Positions 10,711 through 19,392 of a DNA stretch of 64,000 nt are shown piece by piece. The translations under genes and the position numbers were made by a program. How positions within the stretch are numbered: the first letter of the stretch is position 1; each line of letters begins with the position of its first letter. This DNA is from Bacteroidales bacterium (GTDB taxonomy: Bacteria; Bacteroidota; Bacteroidia; Bacteroidales; VadinHA17). The notes below the pieces were generated by a model. It ran no database searches. It had not been told where the DNA came from and worked only from the letters and a program-made list of their open reading frames with translations. The stretch lies in NCBI GenBank assembly GCA_038252165.1, contig JBBSAP010000006.1, forward strand, positions 4,675 through 68,674, read 5' to 3'.

Positions 10711-13680
10711 ATGCAAAACAAAGCGGTTATTACGATTCTGGCGATTGCACTTGCACTGGTTTGTGTCTACCAGCTGTCATTCACAGGTGCAACTTATAAA
10801 GTCAGGAAAGATGCACGGAAATATGCAAAGGGCGATCTGGTTAAACAGAACAAGTATACTGATTCGATCGCTTCATTGCCCAAGGAAAAATGGAGTTACC
10901 TTGGTTATACATTCAAGGAAGTTCAGAAAAAGGAGATGAATCTCGGCCTTGACCTTAAAGGCGGGATGAACGTCATTCTTGAGGTATCAGTTGAAGATAT
11001 TTTAAAAGCTCTTTCGAACTATAATACCGACAAAACATTTGCACAGGCGCTTGCAACGGCAAAAGCGCAGTATCAAACCCAGTCAGGAAGTGATTACCTT
11101 AATCTCTTCGGCAGGGCTTTCGAGGAGATCGACCCCAACGCAAAGCTGGCTGCAATATTCGGAACAGTTGAGCTCCGCGACAGGATCAATTTTAATTCTT
11201 CAAATCAGGATGTTCTTAAAGTTCTTGACAAAGAGGTGGAAAGTGCCATATCAAATGCATTTAATATTCTCCGTACAAGGATAGACCGGTTTGGTGTAGT
11301 TCAGCCGAACATTACACAACTCTCAACCAGAGGGCGTATTCTTATTGAGCTTCCGGGACAGGAGGATCCCAAACGCGTAAGAGAACTTCTTCAGGGTACT
11401 GCCAATCTCGAATTCTGGGAGACATATGAGAATAGTGAGGTTATCAGCTATCTGATCCAGGCTAATAATGAATTACGCGAAATTCTTGCCAGTACATCGA
11501 AAAAAGATACTACAAAAATACTTCCGGCTGTTACGGCTGCTGCCGACACTTCAAAGACAAGTCAGTCGCTCGAAGAACTTATAAGCAAAGATACGGCTAA
11601 GGCTGAAGCAGAAACCCGTGAAGAGTTCAATCTTCAAAATCCTTTATTCGGGCTCCTTAATCCGCGTGTTGATGAGCAGGGACAACCTTTGCCTTCTTCC
11701 ATGATAGGACTTGCAGCAGGTATCGATACAATGCAGGTTAATAAATATCTTGGAATGCCCCGGATCAAGTCACTTTTCCCTCGTGATCTTAGATTTGCGT
11801 GGAGCCAGAATCCATATAAATATGACCCTACAAAATCGCTTTATGAACTTCATGCAATAAAAATCACAACACGTGACGGCAGGGCTCCGCTATCAGGTGA
11901 TGTCATTACAGGAGCAAGGCCCTCCTCCGGTGTTACAGGTTCAGAGGTAAAGGTAGATTTCTCAATGAATTCCGAAGGGGCTAAAACATGGGCCAGGCTT
12001 ACCCGTGAAAATGTTAATCGCTGCATTGTGCTGCTTCTCGATGGTTATGTCCGTTCTTACCCCAGGGTTGTTAATGAAATAACAGGAGGAAGTACCGAGG
12101 TGACCGGAGATTTTACAATTGACGAAGCAACCGACCTTGCAAACATTCTTAAATCGGGGAAAATGCCTGCTCCTGCAAAAATTGCATCCGAGACAGTAGT
12201 TGGCCCGAGTCTGGGTAAAGAAGCTATTCATTCGGGCTTGATATCGTTCGTAATAGCCTTTTTTATAGTTCTCCTTTATATGATCTTCTACTATAGCCGG
12301 AGTGCTGGTACAGTTGCAGATATAGCTCTGGTAGGAAATATCTTCCTGCTTATCGGTGTTTCTGCTTCTCTGGGGGCAATAATTACTTTACCGGGTATTG
12401 CAGGTATAATTCTTACAATGGGTATGTCGGTTGATGCGAACGTACTTATTTATGAAAGGATCCGTGAAGAGCTCAGGGCAGGCAAAGGGATGAAGCTGGC
12501 GATATCGGACGGTTATAAGGGAGCGATGTCAGCAATTCTCGACTCAAACATCACAACCCTGCTGACAGGTGTCGTTCTCTATGTTTTTGGTACAGGCCCG
12601 ATAAAGGGATTTGCCACCACACTGGTAATAGGGATATTAACATCGCTTTTCTGTGCAATTTATGTAACACGACTGATCTATGAATGGCTGCTCAAGAGAA
12701 ATGCAAAACTTTCATTCTCAATTAAAATAACTGCAAATATTCTCAAAGACACCCATGTAGATTTTATAGGCATGAGAAAAGTATTTTATGGGATCTCAGG
12801 AGTATTGATATTGATATCCATAGGTTCGATAATTACACGCGGACTTAATCAGGGTATTGACTTCTCAGGCGGACGCACATATATAGTCCAGTTTGATCAG
12901 CCGGTGAAAACTGCTGATGTCGCTGCAAACCTTACCGATGCTTTTGGAGAATCACCCCTGGTTATTACATTCGGAAATGAAAAGCAGGTCAGAATAACTA
13001 CAAAATATAAAATAAATGAGCCTAGTGTTGATGATGAAGTTGAAACGGCTCTTTATGACGGACTGAAAGGCATGATTGGAAATAATGTTTCAAAGGAAGA
13101 GTTCCTCTCAAAATACAGGAGGCAATCTGAAACTGTCGGCCCGACAATAGCAACAGACATGAAAAACAGGGCTTACTGGGCTGTAGGGATCTCTCTCATC
13201 TTAATGTTCCTGTATATTTTCATGCGTTTTAAGAACTGGCAATACGGACTTGGGGCTCTCGCGTCACTTGCACACGACACGATAATTATTGTAGGTCTCT
13301 ACTCACTTACCTGGGGCAGACTCCCATTTACGATGGATATTGATCAGTCGTTCATCGCAGCAATTCTGACAATAATCGGATATTCGATAAACGATACCGT
13401 TGTGGTATTTGACAGGCTGAGGGAATTTCTTCCTCTTCACAGGAAACGCCCTGTTAACGAAGTTATTAATATGGCCATGAACGATACTCTCAGCCGTACA
13501 ATGAATACAGGTATGACATCATTGCTTGTACTCATTGCCATGATTTTCTTTGGCGGGGCAACAATGAGAGGGTTCCTTTTTGCGATGCTCATCGGTATTA
13601 TAGTCGGTACTTATTCTTCAGTTTTCATTGCAGCACCGGTTACTTATGATGCAACAAAAAAGAAAGGGATTAAATACTAA
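10711..13680 (+). CDS. secDF: Protein translocase subunit SecDF (fused)
   Basis: LGLDLKGG, MSVDANVLIYERIREE, GIDFSGG, GYSINDTVVVFDRLRE. Confidence 0.97.
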   Translation: MQNKAVITILAIALALVCVYQLSFTGATYKVRKDARKYAKGDLVKQNKYTDSIASLPKEKWSYLGYTFKEVQKKEMNLGLDLKGGMNVILEVSVEDILKALSNYNTDKTFAQALATAKAQYQTQSGSDYLNLFGRAFEEIDPNAKLAAIFGTVELRDRINFNSSNQDVLKVLDKEVESAISNAFNILRTRIDRFGVVQPNITQLSTRGRILIELPGQEDPKRVRELLQGTANLEFWETYENSEVISYLIQANNELREILASTSKKDTTKILPAVTAAADTSKTSQSLEELISKDTAKAEAETREEFNLQNPLFGLLNPRVDEQGQPLPSSMIGLAAGIDTMQVNKYLGMPRIKSLFPRDLRFAWSQNPYKYDPTKSLYELHAIKITTRDGRAPLSGDVITGARPSSGVTGSEVKVDFSMNSEGAKTWARLTRENVNRCIVLLLDGYVRSYPRVVNEITGGSTEVTGDFTIDEATDLANILKSGKMPAPAKIASETVVGPSLGKEAIHSGLISFVIAFFIVLLYMIFYYSRSAGTVADIALVGNIFLLIGVSASLGAIITLPGIAGIILTMGMSVDANVLIYERIREELRAGKGMKLAISDGYKGAMSAILDSNITTLLTGVVLYVFGTGPIKGFATTLVIGILTSLFCAIYVTRLIYEWLLKRNAKLSFSIKITANILKDTHVDFIGMRKVFYGISGVLILISIGSIITRGLNQGIDFSGGRTYIVQFDQPVKTADVAANLTDAFGESPLVITFGNEKQVRITTKYKINEPSVDDEVETALYDGLKGMIGNNVSKEEFLSKYRRQSETVGPTIATDMKNRAYWAVGISLILMFLYIFMRFKNWQYGLGALASLAHDTIIIVGLYSLTWGRLPFTMDIDQSFIAAILTIIGYSINDTVVVFDRLREFLPLHRKRPVNEVINMAMNDTLSRTMNTGMTSLLVLIAMIFFGGATMRGFLFAMLIGIIVGTYSSVFIAAPVTYDATKKKGIKY

Positions 13681-13700
13681 ACACCAGTATTCGTATATCA

Positions 13701-13790
13701 GGAGGCTGTCTCAAAAGTAAGATAATGTTTATTTAACCTTTGTGCGACTTTGTGGCGTACTTCGTGATCCTTTTTTGATACAGCCCCTTT
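13701..13790. repeat. REP/MITE-like inverted repeat that may double as the secDF terminator
   Basis: GGCTGTCTCAAAA (13704-13716) vs TTTTGATACAGCC (13773-13785), 12/13 inverted match; three internal CTT(T/C)GTG copies; T-rich tail. Confidence 0.65.
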
Positions 13791-13863
13791 GTTTTTGACT
13801 TCCATACGGCTGAAAGTTAAAAGAAAGATGTATGATCAAAATCTTAATGAGTATTATTTTTTC

Positions 13864-13871
13864 TACCTTTG
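13864..13871 (+). promoter_or_regulatory. Bacteroidota -7 element for tatA
   Basis: TACCTTTG. Confidence 0.6.
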
Positions 13872-13909
13872 CCATGGTTATGTTTTGCATTAATTGAAGC
13901 ACTGTATAA

Positions 13910-14386
13910 ATGAGCGGTCAGGAAATATTTGTCATCATCATTGTAGTCTTATTGTTATTTGGCGCTGATAAGCTGCCAGAGATAGCAAAAGGTATAGGGA
14001 AGGGAATGCGCGATTTCAGGAAAGCAACCGATGATATCAAGCGTGAGTTCGAGGAGAGCACAAGCGATATCAGAAAGGATTTTAACGAAGTCACCAGTTC
14101 AATAAACAGCCAGGTGAATGATATCTCACAGGATATCCAAAAAGATGTTAATGATATAACTGATGATCTTCAGAAAGGGGTGGACGATTTTAAAAGTGAT
14201 ATCGACAAGGATGTCAGTGAAGTGAAGACTAATCTTGAGAGTGAGGTAAACGAAGTGAAGGATAGTATCGGGAAGGACGTAAGCGAGGCCAAAGACAACA
14301 TTGAATCAAATGCAGGTGAAAATAAAAGCACTTATAAGAGGACCATCAACGAGCCTGACGACAACTCTTATAATTATACAGACTGA
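13910..14386 (+). CDS. tatA: TatA/TatB-family twin-arginine translocase subunit with 11-residue repeat tail
   Basis: LLLFGADKLPEIAKGIGKGMRDFRKA signature. Confidence 0.88.
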   Translation: MSGQEIFVIIIVVLLLFGADKLPEIAKGIGKGMRDFRKATDDIKREFEESTSDIRKDFNEVTSSINSQVNDISQDIQKDVNDITDDLQKGVDDFKSDIDKDVSEVKTNLESEVNEVKDSIGKDVSEAKDNIESNAGENKSTYKRTINEPDDNSYNYTD

Positions 14387-14389
14387 TTC

Positions 14390-14600
14390 TAGTTGCTAGT
14401 TGCTGGTTGTTGGTTGCTGGTTGCGGGTTGCTGGTTGCTGAGTGCCGGGTGTCTTGCAGGAGATGTCAGTTTTATAAGGTTGATATGATTGCTTTTGTTC
14501 ACATTTGTTTTTCTGTGGCAAGAGACTTATTATAAAAGTAACGAGAAACCAGAAACAAGGAAAAAGGACCCAGTAACCAGTAACAAGGACCCAGCAACAA
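14390..14600. repeat. Inverted heptamer arrays: 9 x TGGTTGC-like (14390-14452) and 9 x GCAACCA-like (14538-14600)
   Basis: tagttgc tagttgc tggttgt tggttgc tggttgc gggttgc tggttgc tgagtgc cgggtgt ... gtaacga gaaacca gaaacaa ggaaaaa ggaccca gtaacca gtaacaa ggaccca gcaacaa; 85-nt spacer. Confidence 0.85.
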
Positions 14601-14654
14601 TAACTAAATAATTAGAATTTATCCTTCAGTTCAAAATTCCCCTTAATAACAGTT

Positions 14655-15314
14655 ATGATCAGAACTATCGGTATCACTAAATCTTATGGGGAACTAAAAG
14701 TCCTTAAGGGAATTGATATTGAAATAAAAGATAGGGAAGTGGTATCGATCGTAGGTGCCAGCGGAGCCGGAAAAACAACACTTCTTCAGATAATTGGCAC
14801 CCTCGATAAACCCGATAGCGGAACAGTTATATTCAATGCTGCCGATACCGGAAGACTAAGAGGAAAAGCACTTGCGGCTTTCAGAAATTCCAATATCGGA
14901 TTTGTTTTTCAGTTTCACCAGCTCCTTCCCGAATTCACAGCAATTGAAAATGTATGCATACCTGCATATATAGCCGGAAAAGGCAAAGCCGAAGCTGAAG
15001 CAAGAGCCTCTGAGTTACTTGGTTTCCTGAATCTGTCCGACAGGCTCGAACACAAGCCTTCAGAACTTAGCGGGGGAGAGCAGCAGCGTGTAGCTGTGGC
15101 GCGGGCTCTCATAAACAATCCTTCGGTCATCCTTGCTGACGAGCCTTCGGGCAACCTCGACTCTGAAAACAAGAATGAGCTTCATAAGCTTTTCTTCAGG
15201 CTCAGGGATTCATTTGGCCAGACAATTGTAATCGTTACACACGACAGACAGCTGGCCGGCATGTCGGACAGGATACTCCAGATAAAGGACGGACTGATAG
15301 TAAATGAATCCTGA
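14655..15314 (+). CDS. lolD: LolD-like ABC ATP-binding protein
   Basis: [38 protein letters not shown]. Confidence 0.88.
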   Translation: MIRTIGITKSYGELKVLKGIDIEIKDREVVSIVGASGAGKTTLLQIIGTLDKPDSGTVIFNAADTGRLRGKALAAFRNSNIGFVFQFHQLLPEFTAIENVCIPAYIAGKGKAEAEARASELLGFLNLSDRLEHKPSELSGGEQQRVAVARALINNPSVILADEPSGNLDSENKNELHKLFFRLRDSFGQTIVIVTHDRQLAGMSDRILQIKDGLIVNES

Positions 15315-15453
15315 GAAGTCATTCAATGGGTTATCCTGTTTTGTTCACCAGACCTTCAACGGCTCCGACTGCATTTTTTTTATTAAAGGGCTGATGTACA
15401 TTTATTCAGCATTTTACCGATATACCGGGAGGCGCAAAGGGGAAAAGGATTAG
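15304..15453 (+). pseudogene. Internally deleted remnant of a TIGR02757/DUF2400-family gene
   Basis: 49-aa [40 protein letters not shown]... aligns with CVIHRTFNSADFIYFIKALKNIYNAY of the next gene. Confidence 0.7.
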
Positions 15454-15523
15454 CATGTTTCTACGGATAATTAAGGGGGCATAATTATTGACCATATTTC
15501 CTTAATTTTGTAATTCCAAAATT

Positions 15524-16303
15524 ATGGGAATGAAGTTAAAAAAAGAGGTACTGAAAGAGTTTTTGGATGAGAAGGTTGATAAATATAATCGCCCTGATTT
15601 TATTCCACTTGATCCCATAAGTATTCCGCACCAATATAAAAGAAAAGAAGACATTGAGATCTCAGGCTTTTTAGCAGCTACTATTGCATGGGGTAATCGA
15701 ACGATGATCCTAAGGAGCGCAAAACGTATGATGGATTTCATGGACGATTCGCCGTATGATTTCATTTTAAATCATAACGAAAACGACCTTGAAAGAATAA
15801 AGTGTGTTATTCACAGGACATTTAATTCGGCAGATTTCATATACTTCATAAAGGCACTTAAAAACATTTACAACGCATACGATGGTTTGGAGGGTATATT
15901 TAACCAGTACCAGACCAAAGATTCCTTACAATCAGCTATTCATAAATTCAGAAGCATATTTTTTGAATTGCCGCATGATAACCGTACAATGAAACATATT
16001 TCAGATCCACTAAAGGGATCGGCAGCAAAGAAATTAAATATGTATTTGAGGTGGATGATAAGGAAGGATGACAGAGGTGTTGATTTCGGCTTGTGGAAAT
16101 CCATTTCTCCTTCAATTTTATCTTGTCCTCTCGATGTTCATTCCGGGAATGTTGCAAGAAAACTTGGTCTTCTTACCCGAAAACAGAACGATTCCAGAGC
16201 AGTGTCAGAATTGGACAGAATTTTACGATTATTAGACAATGAGGATCCTGCCAAATATGATTTTGCACTATTTGGCTTGGGGATATTTGAGAGATTTAGA
16301 TAG
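15524..16303 (+). CDS. TIGR02757/DUF2400-family protein (HhH-GPD-like)
   Basis: DPISIPH, AWGNR, HRTFN, SAAKKLNMYLRWM, PLDVH, DPAKYDFALFG. Confidence 0.9.
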   Translation: MGMKLKKEVLKEFLDEKVDKYNRPDFIPLDPISIPHQYKRKEDIEISGFLAATIAWGNRTMILRSAKRMMDFMDDSPYDFILNHNENDLERIKCVIHRTFNSADFIYFIKALKNIYNAYDGLEGIFNQYQTKDSLQSAIHKFRSIFFELPHDNRTMKHISDPLKGSAAKKLNMYLRWMIRKDDRGVDFGLWKSISPSILSCPLDVHSGNVARKLGLLTRKQNDSRAVSELDRILRLLDNEDPAKYDFALFGLGIFERFR

Positions 16304-16416
16304 TCTTCTCACCCCTGTTGAATAAATAAAATGATCTTGTAAATCAAATATTTACGAGGCCATATTCATTAGTAGTACAATCTGGATACCTGGAAAGTAA
16401 TCACCTATTATCTGTA

Positions 16417-16477
16417 AATTATGTAACTTATTTTCGAAGTTTTGTAATACTTTTCACTACAAAGAGATTCATCTTTG
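16417..16477 (+). promoter_or_regulatory. Island promoter copy 1: paired TGTAA boxes plus -7 element
   Basis: AATTATGTAACTTATTTTCGAAGTTTTGTAA with TGTAA starts at 16422 and 16443; CATCTTTG at 16470. Confidence 0.65.
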
Positions 16478-16515
16478 AAGTATATTAATATAATTTCCAT
16501 TTAATTCCAATTCAA

Positions 16516-16956
16516 ATGAAAATAACAAGTTTGATGGTTCAAACAAAAAAAGTCCTTTTTGTTTCTGCATTGTTATTTATAATAATTTCTTTAAGCTCAT
16601 GTGCTAAAAAAGTAATGTTTTTGAGCTCTTCCGTTGTTCCTGCAGCACAAGGTTATGTAAAAATAAAACAGGATAAAAACAAAAATAATGTTATAGACAT
16701 CCAACTAATAAATCTGGCCGGTGCTGACAGACTTCAGCCCCCGAAGAATGTATATATAGTCTGGATGGAGACGGCTAATTATACGAAAAACATAGGTCAG
16801 ATAAATAGCTCGTCCGCCTTCTTATCCAAAAAACTAAAAGGTTCCTTCAAGACTATTTCCTCATTTAAACCTTCCAGGATATTCATTACAGCCGAGGATG
16901 AGGCAAATATTCAGTATCCTGTCGGTCCCATTGTGTTGACAACAAATTCTTTTTAA
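16516..16956 (+). CDS. Hypothetical lipoprotein
   Basis: LSSC lipobox; YIVW...KNIGQ...FITAE pattern of a small Bacteroidota lipoprotein. Confidence 0.75.
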   Translation: MKITSLMVQTKKVLFVSALLFIIISLSSCAKKVMFLSSSVVPAAQGYVKIKQDKNKNNVIDIQLINLAGADRLQPPKNVYIVWMETANYTKNIGQINSSSAFLSKKLKGSFKTISSFKPSRIFITAEDEANIQYPVGPIVLTTNSF

Positions 16957-17057
16957 AACTTTAAATCTGACTTGGCAAAATAAAAGAATTATTATATAAG
17001 ATTATTGAAGCGCTCTAATCCTCTGTTTATTATAAAACTTTCATTTATAGGGAAATT

Positions 17058-17358
17058 ATAGAATTACTTGAATCCAAAATATTGGAGGAACTTCTGCCTG
17101 TAACCCAGGCTGCCTGCCTTTTGCTGTACATGCCTACGCATCTAAACCATCTGGAAAATCTTCAGGATCCTATCAGATATTGCGATAAAAGATAAGGATT
17201 CAGGCAGTATTGAAACAGGGAATATTCAGCATCCGGAGACAGACGATCTGATAGACGACATTGGAGGATTTGTAGTTAAAATGGGAGGAAAAATAATGGT
17301 TATTCCTCAGGAAAAAATACTCACTAAAACCTGCCTTACAGCAATATTTCGTTATTAA
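17058..17358 (+). pseudogene. baeRF3-like (release factor family 3) gene remnant with most of the middle deleted
   Basis: N-terminal piece CLLLYMPTHLNHLENLQDPIRY joined out of frame to C-terminal piece PETDDLIDDIGGFVVKMGGKIMVIPQEK...LTAIFRY*; start codon appears mutated to ATA. Confidence 0.7.
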
Positions 17359-17411
17359 ACCAGATATTCTGTACAGACATTTGGGTCATTAAAAAACAAA
17401 GGAGGTGTATA

Positions 17412-17627
17412 ATGATGAACGGATTTGGACAACACGCATGGGGAATGGGATGGGGCTGGATTATTGGCCTTATCGCTATTGTAGTTATTGTTTGGATAAT
17501 TGTCAGAGCTATACGACCAAGCAAAAATCCAAAAGAAAAATCTACGCTGGATATCTTAAATGAAAGATATGTCAGGGGTGAAATCAGCAAAGAAGAATTT
17601 GAAGAAAAAAAGAAGGGTATTATTTGA
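17412..17627 (+). CDS. Small SHOCT-domain membrane protein
   Basis: GMGWGW TM helix plus LDILNERYVRGEISKEEFEEKK. Confidence 0.88.
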   Translation: MMNGFGQHAWGMGWGWIIGLIAIVVIVWIIVRAIRPSKNPKEKSTLDILNERYVRGEISKEEFEEKKKGII

Positions 17628-17671
17628 ATGGTTATTCTCATGACAATCCGAAGAGTTAATATCATAACAAA

Positions 17672-19315
17672 ATGGATATAAGCCCTTTTGCAGGTAAACC
17701 AGCTAACCCTGATATGCTTGTTAATATTCCAAAGCTGATAACAAGCTATTATTCTGAAATCCCCGACATAAAAGTAAGAGAACAACGAGTCATGTTTGGG
17801 ACCTCCGGACATCGTGGTTCGTCATTTAATACTTCATTTAATGAATGGCATATACTTGCAATTACCCAGGCAATCTGTTTATACAGGATCCGGAATAAAA
17901 TAGATGGCCCCTTGTTTCTTGGAAAGGACACACATGCTCTCTCAGAGCCTGCACTTGCAACAGCACTGGAAGTATTAGCCGGTAATAGTGTTCAGGTTAT
18001 GCTCGCCGAAAATGATGAATATGTTCCCACTCCTGTCATTTCACATGCTATTTTAAGATACAATGGAGACAGAAAAACCGGGTTTGCTGACGGCATTGTG
18101 ATTACTCCTTCTCATAACCCACCCAATGATGGAGGTTTTAAATATAATCCTCCAAACGGAGGACCTGCTGATGATAACGTCACAGGATGGATTGAGAAGA
18201 AAGCAAACGAGATTCTTGAAAATAAACTTCAGGGTGTAAAAAGGATTTCATTTGAGAAAGCTATTCACGCTTCCACAACTCACCGATATGATTTTCACAA
18301 TACCTACATAAACGATCTTGTCTCCGTAATAGACATGGATGTTATCTGTTCTTCAAAAATTAAAATCGGAGTTGATCCTCTCGGTGGTGCCGGTATCCAT
18401 TATTGGGAACCAATTGCAGAACGTTACGGATTGAACCTGACAGTTGTCAATAAAGTTGTTGATCCTACTTTTCGTTTCATGACAGTTGACTGGGATGGTC
18501 AGATCCGGATGGATCCTTCTTCACCTTATGCAATGCAGAGACTGATAGAATTAAAAGATCAATTCAACATTGCTTTAGCCTGCGATACCGATCACGACAG
18601 GCACGGTATTGTTACCAGGAGTTCGGGTTTACTTCCACCTAATCATTACCTTTCTGTTGCCATCGATTATCTCTTTCAGCATAGACCTGAGTGGAGCAGG
18701 AAAGCAGCTATAGGCAAAACAGTTGTTAGCAGCCAGATGATTGATCGTGTAGCATCGAAGCATGGCAGGAAGCTTTATGAAGTGCCCGTTGGTTTCAAAT
18801 GGTTTGTTGAAGGACTGCTTGATGGTTCCCTTGGTTTTGGAGGAGAAGAAAGTGCAGGTGCAACTTTTGTTCGTAAGAATGGCAATGTCTGGACTACAGA
18901 CAAGGATGGTATCGTCTCTGCCCTGCTTGCTGCCGAGATTACTGCGCGGGTTGGCCGTGATCCTGGCGAACTATATAAAAAACTTACCGAACAGTTCGGC
19001 GAACCGGTTTATGACCGTGTCGAAGCACCAGCCACGGCCGAACAAAAAGATCAGCTGGCTAAACTCTCGCCTGAGCTGGTTAAGATCACGGATCTGGCAG
19101 GTGAAAAAATACAATCTATACTCACCAATGCACCAGGCAATGGCGCACCAATCGGGGGGTTAAAGGTGATAGCCAAAAGCGGATGGTTCGCTGCGCGTCC
19201 TTCAGGGACAGAAAATATCTATAAGATTTATGCAGAAAGTTTCCTGGGTGAAGATCATTTGAAGCGCATTCTGGAGGAAGCACAAACCATTGTTAATGAT
19301 ATTATTATTAAGTGA
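17672..19315 (+). CDS. pgm: Phosphoglucomutase (glucose-1,6-bisphosphate-dependent, E. coli Pgm type)
   Basis: FGTSGHRGSS, TPSHNP, DTDHDRH, GEESAG, RPSGTE. Confidence 0.95.
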   Translation: MDISPFAGKPANPDMLVNIPKLITSYYSEIPDIKVREQRVMFGTSGHRGSSFNTSFNEWHILAITQAICLYRIRNKIDGPLFLGKDTHALSEPALATALEVLAGNSVQVMLAENDEYVPTPVISHAILRYNGDRKTGFADGIVITPSHNPPNDGGFKYNPPNGGPADDNVTGWIEKKANEILENKLQGVKRISFEKAIHASTTHRYDFHNTYINDLVSVIDMDVICSSKIKIGVDPLGGAGIHYWEPIAERYGLNLTVVNKVVDPTFRFMTVDWDGQIRMDPSSPYAMQRLIELKDQFNIALACDTDHDRHGIVTRSSGLLPPNHYLSVAIDYLFQHRPEWSRKAAIGKTVVSSQMIDRVASKHGRKLYEVPVGFKWFVEGLLDGSLGFGGEESAGATFVRKNGNVWTTDKDGIVSALLAAEITARVGRDPGELYKKLTEQFGEPVYDRVEAPATAEQKDQLAKLSPELVKITDLAGEKIQSILTNAPGNGAPIGGLKVIAKSGWFAARPSGTENIYKIYAESFLGEDHLKRILEEAQTIVNDIIIK

Positions 19316-19392
19316 TTTCTGCTTTTATTTAAGAAATGTAATCATCTTTTATTAAAGAATCGGATTCAAAATTTCTATAAAAAATAACTTAC

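Noticed and set aside
14390-14600. Possible CRISPR array
   Set aside because: Units are 7 bp with no spacers, and no cas genes are present
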